DNA of 64,000 bases from a virus. Its lineage: Duplodnaviria; Caudoviricetes. Where the stretch lies: the IMG/VR virus record IMGVR_UViG_3300035676_000001; one strand, written 5' to 3'. Below are positions 1 to 7,847 of this stretch, in pieces (the first letter of the stretch is position 1; every line of letters begins with the position of its first letter). The position numbers and the translations under genes are program-made. The notes beneath the pieces were generated by a model. That model ran no database searches, was not told the origin of the DNA, and was given only the letters and a program-made list of their open reading frames with translations.

Positions 1-126
1 TTCAACTTGCGATGCAGATACCCCAGCAAGGTCCCTACACGCTTCTTCTACCATCAAATGTAGTTTATTTAACTCAAGGCTTTCGACCGACCCATTTCTC
101 TTAATAACTTTTGTTCCGTTGCTCAT
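1..126 (-). CDS. nrdA: Ribonucleotide reductase alpha subunit, 5' fragment (ATP-cone); runs off window
   Basis: Manual translation MSNGTKVIKRNGSVESLELNKLHLMVEEACRDLAGVSASQVE is ATP-cone-like; ATGA overlap with primase stop. Confidence 0.85.
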   Translation of the reverse strand, partial: MSNGTKVIKRNGSVESLELNKLHLMVEEACRDLAGVSASQVE

Positions 127-1103
127 ACTTTCTTCCACTCGTTAAACTTTACTTTTGCCTCTAAGCCTTTGTATGTATGTGATTTTAACACATCCATAAC
201 CTGATGTCCAGTCAGGACCATATCATTAATATCTTTTTCAGTAATTGACCTTGGCCAGATTACTACTTTCTCACCTCTATCGATGAGTTTGGAGATCCTG
301 TTACAGATTTCTTTGTTCCTAGGTTCATTATCAAGAACATACACAATATCGTTGCCCAAATTAAGACTATCGAGTAAAATATCCGATCCGCACATTGCGA
401 TGGCATTTTGGACAAACGTTGAATCAAAGGGACCTTCTGTGACGTAGATTGTTTCATCTTTCTTTACTCCTTCTAATCCATAGACTTTGGGAATACTTTC
501 GTCTAAAATCACCGTAATATATTTAACCTTGCTAGGTCCTAAAGCACGACCTTGAAACCCAAAAATGTTACCATCTAATGCACAAAGGGGAATAACTATT
601 CTGGATTCCTCATATTCTAAACTTTTTTGGTCAAAGGTTTGAACTTGAGTATTTGTCCATTCTTTAAATTTTTCTGCAAAGTAAAATCTATTTGGATCTA
701 GTCTTCGGTCTGTTAGATACTTTTTTGCGGTTTCATTCTCCGCCGCTTTTGGTAGATTCAGTTTCTGCTTAAAGACTGGTTTTGCAAATTCAAACTTGGG
801 TTCTTCAACTACAAAGTTTTTACCCGTATGCCCCTCTTTGAACTTCTCCAAAGTATATTGCTTATGAAGCGTTGGGTCTATCTCTTTCAGAAAGTTATTG
901 AACGATAAACTAGCACCGCAATTGTGGCACTTAAAGTTTGTATTATTCTTTACTGGATAGATATATCCTCTTGTTTTATTCTTGTTCTTCTGAGAGTCTC
1001 CACAGATAGGGCAGCGAAAGTTGTAGAGATCCGCTTTGACCCTTTTAAATTTTTGAAGACGCGAAGATACGAGTCCAATATACTTGGAGTCAATCAAATC
1101 CAT
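123..1103 (-). CDS. gp61: DNA primase
   Basis: Zn finger CPICGDS...CHNC, TOPRIM TEGPFDS and DNEPRN motifs. Confidence 0.95.
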   Translation of the reverse strand: MDLIDSKYIGLVSSRLQKFKRVKADLYNFRCPICGDSQKNKNKTRGYIYPVKNNTNFKCHNCGASLSFNNFLKEIDPTLHKQYTLEKFKEGHTGKNFVVEEPKFEFAKPVFKQKLNLPKAAENETAKKYLTDRRLDPNRFYFAEKFKEWTNTQVQTFDQKSLEYEESRIVIPLCALDGNIFGFQGRALGPSKVKYITVILDESIPKVYGLEGVKKDETIYVTEGPFDSTFVQNAIAMCGSDILLDSLNLGNDIVYVLDNEPRNKEICNRISKLIDRGEKVVIWPRSITEKDINDMVLTGHQVMDVLKSHTYKGLEAKVKFNEWKKV

Positions 1104-1116
1104 TACGAAGGATGCT

Positions 1117-1539
1117 TTATTTTGCTCTCTCTATTGTACTCTGAGATGATGGGTGTGTCAAGAGAGAAGTTGCTGTTGGAATGACTCCAATTAAAAATAC
1201 AACTATCGCAATTGCTCCAACTGCTTTCCATTTAAATTGGGATATTATTTCCACTTTCTCTTCTAGGATATCTATTCTTTCTCCAAGTTCTTTACTAATT
1301 GCATCATGCTGTTCCTTTGAAGATTTTTTAATATCTTCAATCATCGTTACAATCAAATTATCAGTTCGATTACACTGCTCAATCTTTTCATTATGAACGG
1401 CAAGCATTTGACTAATATTTTGACTTGTCTCACCAATCTTTTGAATTGCAGTATCAATTCGTTCCATCATCTGCTCATACACAGACAATCTTTCTTCCAA
1501 GATTGCGATTTTTGTATCTGTGGATGATGGATTAAACAT
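1117..1539 (-). CDS. Hypothetical coiled-coil protein with C-terminal transmembrane helix
   Basis: Heptad-rich body, hydrophobic WKAVGAIAIVVFLIGVI segment. Confidence 0.75.
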   Translation of the reverse strand: MFNPSSTDTKIAILEERLSVYEQMMERIDTAIQKIGETSQNISQMLAVHNEKIEQCNRTDNLIVTMIEDIKKSSKEQHDAISKELGERIDILEEKVEIISQFKWKAVGAIAIVVFLIGVIPTATSLLTHPSSQSTIERAK

Positions 1540-1547
1540 TGTCTTAG

Positions 1548-1778
1548 TTATTGTGGTTTTTTCCAGCGATTACGAGAACCTAAACCTAGGTAAATATTTT
1601 TTTTCTTTTTACGGAATACTGGTGGTTGGTCTGGTGGAAGACCTGCAATATTTCCACTGGAAGCATTGTTTGTTGGTGCAGCAGGAGCAGCAGCACCTTC
1701 TTGCTCCTTAATAAACCTAACTGTAGCAATTAATTTATCTAGTTTATCCATTAGATTGCTTGCAATTGTTCCAGACAT
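1548..1778 (-). CDS. Hypothetical small protein with PTNNASSGNIAG motif and basic tail
   Basis: ORF track; tight packing; start could be a later Met. Confidence 0.65.
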   Translation of the reverse strand: MSGTIASNLMDKLDKLIATVRFIKEQEGAAAPAAPTNNASSGNIAGLPPDQPPVFRKKKKNIYLGLGSRNRWKKPQ

Positions 1779-2122
1779 TCACGGTCTTCTTCAATTTCGT
1801 GAATTTGTGTTCTAGGATATTCTGGCAATCTATTCAGAAAAAGAAGAAAACTTTTAATAGATGGCCAGAGATCACTCTCCAAATTGTAAAATAATAAAGG
1901 AACTGCAGCATCATTAAAGACATTGAACAGAATCGTTAGGTGATTCAGAATCAGATGAATCTTCAATTCGCCGCAGCTTTTATATCTTTTTAATAATCGT
2001 TTTACATAACGAATTCGTTTCAAATCTGACTCAAAATCTTCCATCGTTACCGATTGAGGATTATCGTAAAATTTTATAGCAAATAACAAATAATTATTTT
2101 CATTCAATTCATCAAATCTCAT
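1751..2122 (-). CDS. Conserved T4-like phage hypothetical protein
   Basis: ORF track; MRFDELNENNYLLFAIKFYDNP start typical of T4-like cyanophage proteins. Confidence 0.8.
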   Translation of the reverse strand: MRFDELNENNYLLFAIKFYDNPQSVTMEDFESDLKRIRYVKRLLKRYKSCGELKIHLILNHLTILFNVFNDAAVPLLFYNLESDLWPSIKSFLLFLNRLPEYPRTQIHEIEEDRECLEQLQAI

Positions 2123-2131
2123 ACCATATTA

Positions 2132-2686
2132 TCAGCTATCTGGATATCTCGAATCGTCGTCAGCGTCACCAGTGATGCTACTTCCAGCAACTAATGTTTC
2201 AGCCTTAACTCTGAAGTTACCGTGATTATCAACATAAGTCGTAACACCGACCCAACCAGCGTGTGCTACAGCATAAGCGGCGTTTTTATTACCAACAGTT
2301 CTTCCAGCGGCGACAGTTGCTTCGGTCGTACCAACACCAAAGACAGCAGAGAATCTGTTTGATTTTACATCAGGAGCAAAGAATTGCCCATCTTCAAGAG
2401 TATACTTTGGTTTCTGATTTACTGTGTAAGCAACACCTGCAATTGCACCATTAAGAGGAATCAGGAATTGCGTTGATGCGATTGAAATTTGAGTAGCAGA
2501 GGTTACACCTGAAATTACTGCCTGACCATAAGTAGCGCCGACGCCAACTACTAAAATATCACCAGTTGAAATTCCAGCAGTTACAAAAGTTGTACCACTT
2601 CCGGTTACTACTTCAGTAGCAAGATTGATTGTTATAGTTCCTGTAAGACCCGTGCTAAAAGAATCTTTATTGCCCCAAAGAGACAT
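2132..2686 (-). CDS. Hypothetical virion protein
   Basis: G/T/V-rich beta-type sequence; HAGWV...RVKAETLVA motif; late promoter upstream. Confidence 0.75.
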   Translation of the reverse strand: MSLWGNKDSFSTGLTGTITINLATEVVTGSGTTFVTAGISTGDILVVGVGATYGQAVISGVTSATQISIASTQFLIPLNGAIAGVAYTVNQKPKYTLEDGQFFAPDVKSNRFSAVFGVGTTEATVAAGRTVGNKNAAYAVAHAGWVGVTTYVDNHGNFRVKAETLVAGSSITGDADDDSRYPDS

Positions 2687-2719
2687 ATGCTTTACCTAAT
2701 AAATTTCTTTTTCTAGTAA

Positions 2720-2727
2720 TATTTATA
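2720..2727 (-). promoter_or_regulatory. T4-type late promoter TATAAATA
   Basis: Exact consensus 34 nt upstream of ATG at 2686. Confidence 0.8.
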
Positions 2728-2757
2728 AAAAAAGGAGACCTTTACTTTTGGTCTCCT
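2727..2757 (-). terminator. Rho-independent terminator
   Basis: AGGAGACC/GGTCTCCT stem followed by U-run on minus strand. Confidence 0.8.
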
Positions 2758-2766
2758 CTATATTTC

Positions 2767-2946
2767 TCAGGGAGTTAAATCTTGAGCACCCTTCTTCTTT
2801 AATACTCCTTGAGCTTGAAGAAGAATAAGTGAAAGGATGCCGTTTGATTTTACCTTTGGGTTTGCTCCAAGTGCTTCCGAAACTGCAAAAAGAACAGTTG
2901 CGATAAGAGCCTGATTTGCTAAACACCAAGCGACTAGTGCGGACAT
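2767..2946 (-). CDS. 59-aa hydrophobic small protein (not in ORF track)
   Basis: MSALVAWCLANQALIATVLFAVSEALGANPKVKSNGILSLILLQAQGVLKKKGAQDLTP; RBS-like GAGG upstream; terminator downstream. Confidence 0.75.
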   Translation of the reverse strand: MSALVAWCLANQALIATVLFAVSEALGANPKVKSNGILSLILLQAQGVLKKKGAQDLTP

Positions 2947-2985
2947 AATGACCTCGTGTGAAGAGTATCCTGTCCTATTTAGTAA

Positions 2986-4419
2986 TCAGTCAAATCTAGA
3001 ATGCATTGCGTCTTGTGCTCTTTGAGCAGAAGCACGACGAGCAGCTACTTTTTGAGCAGGAGAGTGAGGACCACCATACTCACCAGCAGCAGGTGGCTTC
3101 TTACCTGGTTCCTTTTTCTGCTGACCCTTTGGAGTTCCTTGCATTTTACGCATAGAACCCTTTACAATCTCAAGTGCTTTATCTCTAGGAGGTCTTGGAG
3201 TTCCTGCTACCTTCTCTTCCTTTCTTCTCTCATCAAGAACTTCACCTTCTGGTTCATAGTCCATCTTGAGACCCATTGCTCTCAACTTATTCTTAACAAG
3301 ATTAACTTTCGTTGGAATTGCTCTGGGGTCTTCTTCACCACCTTCGCTCTTCTTGAGTTTTGGTTTTTCATCCATACCACAATCTGCTTCTTCCTTATGA
3401 ACTGGAAGTCCTTCATGCTTAGTCTTTGCAAATTTCTTTGCTTCTTTCTTACTCATTCCTTCTGCTGCTTTTGCAACTTCAGGAGATGCTGGTTTTGCTC
3501 CTTTTTTAGCAGCATAAACCATTCCCATAAACTTTTGTTGAGCCTGACTTACTGCCTTCTCAGTAATCATTTCACCTTCTAGTTCGTGATGGGCAACCAG
3601 ACCCTTTCCTTGAGCAGGTGAAATTACAACCTTATTCTTACCCTTCATCACATCAATCTTCTTTCCATTCGCATCAGGATTGTCCGATTCACCTTCGTGA
3701 ATAAACTCTTCCTTACGAGTCGCAATTGCCGAACCACGAACATCTCTGCGATGCTGCAGATACTTATCAGTCTTGTTTACTTTACCATCATTATTAACAT
3801 CAGCATCTTCCTTACCAACTGGGTCTAATTTCTCACCACGCTTTGCTCTCGCAGTCTGCTCACCTTTGGTTCTCTCACCTTCATAAGGTTCGCCATATCC
3901 AGTCATCTCAACTTCTTTAATATTTGGATTTGCACGAAGTTCAGAAATCTTTTGACGGTCAGCCATTCTTACATAAGAACGACCATCTTTACCAGTCACT
4001 CTTACCTTATATTTTCTGTGCTCAGCAGTCTCCATCTTCTCCATATAGGTCAGACGAATTGGTTCTTCTTCTTTCTGAACCCCTTCTACAAATACTTTAT
4101 AAAGTGCATTTGCAACACTAGTAGATGCAAACTCTTGAATGTTAAAGTCTTCTGCTTGCATACCACCTTTACCAAAAAGTTTTGCTTTTACCATAGCCTT
4201 TTCTTGCTGAGGCATATTACTGTTGTTCATATACTGAGAATATGCTTGCTGAAGAGATAGTTCCTCTCTTCTAGCACGATAGCGAATATCATAAATCGCT
4301 TGCTTTACTCTCTTCTCTGGAGACTTTCCACCAGCTTCCTTCTTATCTCCGCCAGCAGGAGCTGCGGCAGCAGGAGCGTGTTTTCTTGCTGGAAGCTCTT
4401 CAGCAATATGTTTTTTCAT
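2986..4419 (-). CDS. Modular basic late protein, putative head-internal polyprotein
   Basis: Modules separated by (I/L/V)xE sites; ATAAATA upstream at 4453-4459. Confidence 0.75.
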   Translation of the reverse strand: MKKHIAEELPARKHAPAAAAPAGGDKKEAGGKSPEKRVKQAIYDIRYRARREELSLQQAYSQYMNNSNMPQQEKAMVKAKLFGKGGMQAEDFNIQEFASTSVANALYKVFVEGVQKEEEPIRLTYMEKMETAEHRKYKVRVTGKDGRSYVRMADRQKISELRANPNIKEVEMTGYGEPYEGERTKGEQTARAKRGEKLDPVGKEDADVNNDGKVNKTDKYLQHRRDVRGSAIATRKEEFIHEGESDNPDANGKKIDVMKGKNKVVISPAQGKGLVAHHELEGEMITEKAVSQAQQKFMGMVYAAKKGAKPASPEVAKAAEGMSKKEAKKFAKTKHEGLPVHKEEADCGMDEKPKLKKSEGGEEDPRAIPTKVNLVKNKLRAMGLKMDYEPEGEVLDERRKEEKVAGTPRPPRDKALEIVKGSMRKMQGTPKGQQKKEPGKKPPAAGEYGGPHSPAQKVAARRASAQRAQDAMHSRFD

Positions 4420-4429
4420 GAGAAAACTT

Positions 4430-5731
4430 TTACTTCTTATCTTTTCTATACTTATTTATGAAATTAAGACCGTATGCTATTCCACCTGGTTGCAGATTCT
4501 CTTTACCAGTCCCGATTGCTCCTGGAGTTTGCTTTGCAGCATACTTAAAAGCACCCAAAGTTCCAGTAAGAGTATTTGGTTTTCCTGGAGACCTATACAT
4601 TCTATCCATCTTGACTTCAGTATATTCAGACAAATCTTTAATCCAAGACTTAAACATCATACCCGATTCAGTTACACAAATCAAATAGTTGGTTCCACGA
4701 CGAATGATACGACCAACCATTCCAGTGTTTAGATTTTCTACCAACTGACCAATTCTAAAAATTGATTCTGTGAGATAATTTTCACGAAGAGTTTGGAAAT
4801 CAAACTTAGGTGCAATCTCCCAAATACTCCAACCTTCTTTAATGTTCATTGAAGCACGAAGATTATCATACAATTCCATTGCTTCCTTGCGCTTCATCTC
4901 TGGAGGAAGACCCTCTCTAAACTTCCTAAAGTCTCCTTCAGCAGCGGCAAGTCTCATTCTTGATGCAGACATTCCTTCTACACCTTTTGCATCAGGGTCT
5001 CTTTCTCCAGCAGAGACTACTTCAATATTATCAAATTGATAAAGTTGCCCGTTATAATTGCCTGATAATTTTTCAAACTCTTTAACTCTATCAGACCCAC
5101 CAACAATTCTTACATTCGTATATCCATCATTATGCGCTTTCTTGAGAACATCAAAAATAGTTTTTGTATTTGCATCATTTACAATTCTTTCACTATGAGC
5201 AGGGAACATCCTTCTCATATAAGAAACTTTTGTATCTGGGTCTAATGGATTCTTTTTCTTATCCTGACTTCTTGAAGGATAGATTAAATAGTCACCCTTA
5301 TCTGCTGCAGCCGATTGTGCAGCAACATCCATCAATTGCTGATGCCCAATCGTAGGAGGATTGAAACGACCAAATGCAATTGTAAGAGTTCCCTTTGTTT
5401 TGGGAACTGGTGGTGGAGTTGCAACAGGTTGCTCTTGTGCTGCTGCCTGCTGTTCAGGAGCAGGTGCTTGCTGCTGTGCTGCTTGCTGTTGAGCAAGTGC
5501 TGGGTCTTGATATCCAGGAGAAGCAATTGTTTTTTCCTTTTCAGTTTGCGCTGGGTCCTTTTCACCAACTTTTTGACGCTTATTATAAAACTTGAGTTGA
5601 CCCCTTTCAGTTTTTGCTACAAACTCTCCTTGCCTATCATACCATCCACCGTGCCCGTCGCCAACAAGACCAAGACGCTGAGCTTGTTGAGATGCAGATG
5701 CTTCAGAGATAAACTGGAAAAAACTTTTCAT
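4430..5731 (-). CDS. Cytidylyltransferase/HxGH-family nucleotidyltransferase with capsid-targeting-like N-terminus
   Basis: FGRFNPPTIGH, VGGSDR and MSASRMR motifs; N-terminus MKSFFQFISE. Confidence 0.85.
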   Translation of the reverse strand: MKSFFQFISEASASQQAQRLGLVGDGHGGWYDRQGEFVAKTERGQLKFYNKRQKVGEKDPAQTEKEKTIASPGYQDPALAQQQAAQQQAPAPEQQAAAQEQPVATPPPVPKTKGTLTIAFGRFNPPTIGHQQLMDVAAQSAAADKGDYLIYPSRSQDKKKNPLDPDTKVSYMRRMFPAHSERIVNDANTKTIFDVLKKAHNDGYTNVRIVGGSDRVKEFEKLSGNYNGQLYQFDNIEVVSAGERDPDAKGVEGMSASRMRLAAAEGDFRKFREGLPPEMKRKEAMELYDNLRASMNIKEGWSIWEIAPKFDFQTLRENYLTESIFRIGQLVENLNTGMVGRIIRRGTNYLICVTESGMMFKSWIKDLSEYTEVKMDRMYRSPGKPNTLTGTLGAFKYAAKQTPGAIGTGKENLQPGGIAYGLNFINKYRKDKK

Positions 5732-5733
5732 TC

Positions 5734-5979
5734 TTATTTTTTAATTCTATTACAAATGTCCGACATTATTGACTTTTCGTTTGCAATAATGTAGTTAAGA
5801 CCATTCTTTCTAATCTTAATATATTTATTCTTTAACAAATCTGATTTATTGGATTGAATTTCCTTATCAAGTGCAAAGTAAAAATACTTGATAAAATCAT
5901 TGAAAACATCTTTTGGTCTTGACTTTTTGGTTGTAAAAATATCAAGAACATTATTAAGGAATGCTTGAAGGTCTTTCAT
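5734..5979 (-). CDS. Hypothetical protein
   Basis: ORF track; ATGA coupling to upstream gene. Confidence 0.7.
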   Translation of the reverse strand: MKDLQAFLNNVLDIFTTKKSRPKDVFNDFIKYFYFALDKEIQSNKSDLLKNKYIKIRKNGLNYIIANEKSIMSDICNRIKK

Positions 5980-7109
5980 ATCAAAAACATTCCAGGTTGT
6001 GCTTCCAAATAATTTCTTGGATAAAATCTGTACATTTTTCCTGCTGCAGTAGTTGAACTTGCAACTTCCATTTTATATCGTATCTGAATAATCAAATTAC
6101 TATTTCCAGATAATTTTGTTCCATCAGAATTTGAACGATAGATTTCAATTTTTGGGTCTCCCGATGCATTTATTCTAGCATTATATCTAGCGTTTGCAAG
6201 AATATCCCTAAACTGACGGTCGGCAACTCTTGTTTTGACTCTACCATCTCCAGTAAATTTAACAAGTTCGGTATTAACATTTCTAGAAAGACCGTAGATA
6301 ATGTAGTCAGCAAACTTTACTTTGGTATCAGTTCTATCTGGGGTATCTAATCCTTCGTTTAACTTTTTAGCGGCATAAGCATAAACAAGTCTTGCTGCCT
6401 TTTTAAGATATTCACCACCTCCAGTTTCTTTTGCGTTATCTCTAGAGGCATATTTTTTTGTGAATACTTCTTTATCAAAAAATTCATCAATAAAGTTCTG
6501 ATAATTATTAGCAACTGGGGAAACATCTAATCCCATTTCACTAAAGATATTCAAAAATTTATCAAATCCCTGACCAGATACTTGGTGAAATTGCTCACCA
6601 CCATCAACTTTTAATGAGTAATCAATATTCCTAAATCTTTTATCAGGATTTGTTGGAGAATTAACTTCTATCTTAACATCCGCTTTTGTTCCTTTTTGGT
6701 CTTCTGTTCCAGCAGCAGTTACTCGAATAAAATCTTCACGAGCATTGATAGAAAGACCTCTTGCTTGTGCATTAAGTCTACTATGCGAATTTACAAAGGA
6801 TACTGCGCCATTTTTTAAATCAGAAACTTTTGCCCAATTTGTTCTATCAGACAAAAAATCTTGTGCCTTTTTAGGAACGGATACAGATACGGACACTGTA
6901 TCAATTACAGCACTACCAACATCATTAACTTGCTTAACATATCCCTTCTTCATCATTTCCGTCAATACGGTATCAACATCCGAACCAGTAACTGTCGGTA
7001 GAGTCTTAGAAGATTTTGTTTTTGCTCTTTTTACAAATCTAGCGGCAACAGCAGCAGCAAAAAAAACTTCAAACAAATCACCTCTATTAGCTGATATTTT
7101 TTCCGCCAT
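5976..7109 (-). CDS. Hypothetical protein, putative PD-(D/E)XK nuclease
   Basis: NRGDLFE ... KADV ... YSLK pattern; CTAAATA late promoter at 7124-7130. Confidence 0.55.
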   Translation of the reverse strand: MAEKISANRGDLFEVFFAAAVAARFVKRAKTKSSKTLPTVTGSDVDTVLTEMMKKGYVKQVNDVGSAVIDTVSVSVSVPKKAQDFLSDRTNWAKVSDLKNGAVSFVNSHSRLNAQARGLSINAREDFIRVTAAGTEDQKGTKADVKIEVNSPTNPDKRFRNIDYSLKVDGGEQFHQVSGQGFDKFLNIFSEMGLDVSPVANNYQNFIDEFFDKEVFTKKYASRDNAKETGGGEYLKKAARLVYAYAAKKLNEGLDTPDRTDTKVKFADYIIYGLSRNVNTELVKFTGDGRVKTRVADRQFRDILANARYNARINASGDPKIEIYRSNSDGTKLSGNSNLIIQIRYKMEVASSTTAAGKMYRFYPRNYLEAQPGMFLI

Positions 7110-7130
7110 AAGACTTTTTGAAGTATTTAG

Positions 7131-7155
7131 TGCCCAAAAGAGGACTTGAACCTAT
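7131..7155 (-). pseudogene. 3' stub of a disrupted tRNA (T-arm, acceptor 3' strand, discriminator A)
   Basis: AGG-TTCAAGT-CCT-CT-TTTGGGC-A; TTTGGGC pairs with the 5' stub GCCCAAA at 7741-7747. Confidence 0.8.
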
Positions 7156-7163
7156 ATCGACAA

Positions 7164-7246
7164 TGCTCCAGAGAAGATTTGAACTTCCACGCTTTTTAAG
7201 GCGGCGGATTCTAAGTCCGCTGTGTCTACCGTTCCACCACTGGAGC
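7164..7246 (-). tRNA. trnL: tRNA-Leu(TAG)
   Basis: Acceptor GCTCCAG/CTGGAGC-A, anticodon arm GCGGA-CTTAGAA-TCCGC, long variable arm, T-loop TTCAAAT; CCA not encoded. Confidence 0.93.
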
Positions 7247-7690
7247 TAAACAATTTCTATTTGAGAATGTATTAGTTTGTGTATGACAATTAGGACATAA
7301 TAATCTTAAGTTGTCGGGTCTGTTATCATATGGTTGACCGTTAATATGGTCAACTTGTAATCTTAATGGTTTTCCATTCCAAGTAGAAGGAATGCCACAT
7401 TCAAAACAAGTATTACCTATTTCTTCTATTAATAATCTATATAGAATTTCACGCTTACAAGATTTACCTTTTAAAGAAGTATATTCTAAAAGTGTTTTCC
7501 ATTTATTATATCCACCATATTGCCTAATTTTATTAGTATAATCTGGTTTGTAATCGGGAATCCATTTTTTATATCTTGCTCGTAAAGTATCTGGTTTACA
7601 ATTTAATTCTAAACATAATTGAGTTGGTGATACTCCAGACAATAAAGATTCTATTATGTATTCTTTTTTGTCGTCAAGGTCTTTTCTCAT
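7226..7690 (-). CDS. HNH homing endonuclease (154 aa)
   Basis: CFEC...LQVDHING...DN...NLRLLCPNCH; start re-called at 7690 just downstream of a late promoter; stop lies inside tRNA-Leu. Confidence 0.88.
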   Translation of the reverse strand: MRKDLDDKKEYIIESLLSGVSPTQLCLELNCKPDTLRARYKKWIPDYKPDYTNKIRQYGGYNKWKTLLEYTSLKGKSCKREILYRLLIEEIGNTCFECGIPSTWNGKPLRLQVDHINGQPYDNRPDNLRLLCPNCHTQTNTFSNRNCLAPVVER

Positions 7691-7734
7691 AATTGGTAGA
7701 CACGCTGTATTATTTATACAAAATACTACTAATT
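7691..7734 (-). promoter_or_regulatory. Late promoter TATAAATA (7711-7718) in loop of hairpin abutting HNH start codon
   Basis: AATTAGTAG ... CTACCAATT arms (8/9 paired) directly before ATG. Confidence 0.7.
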
Positions 7735-7747
7735 TTACCATTTGGGC
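7726..7747 (-). pseudogene. 5' stub of disrupted Leu-type tRNA (acceptor 5' strand, decayed D-arm)
   Basis: GCCCAAA-TG-GTAAAATTAGTAG begins 4 nt after tRNA-Ala and resembles a Leu-type tRNA 5' end. Confidence 0.72.
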
Positions 7748-7751
7748 AAAG

Positions 7752-7824
7752 TGGAGAATAGCGGACTCGAACCGCTGACATCCTGCTTGCAAAGCAGGCG
7801 CTCTACCAACTGAGCTAATTCCCC
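7752..7824 (-). tRNA. trnA: tRNA-Ala(TGC)
   Basis: GGGGAATTAGCTCAGTTGGTAGAGCGCCTGCTTTGCAAGCAGGATGTCAGCGGTTCGAGTCCGCTATTCTCCA canonical cloverleaf. Confidence 0.97.
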
Positions 7825-7847
7825 GAAAACCCCGGAGGGTTATTTGT

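Noticed and set aside
2723-2929. 68-aa ORF in ORF track
   Set aside because: An alternative frame; the 2767-2946 frame has an RBS and ends before the terminator
7131-7747. Group I intron in tRNA-Leu, as in cyanobacterial trnL(UAA)
   Set aside because: The flanking stubs lack the anticodon arm, no P/Q/R/S core is recognisable, and the insert is filled by an ORF and a complete tRNA
7691-7792. 34-aa N-terminal extension of the HNH ORF in the ORF track
   Set aside because: It is read through the tRNA-Ala gene and lies upstream of the late promoter; ATG 7690 is the better start
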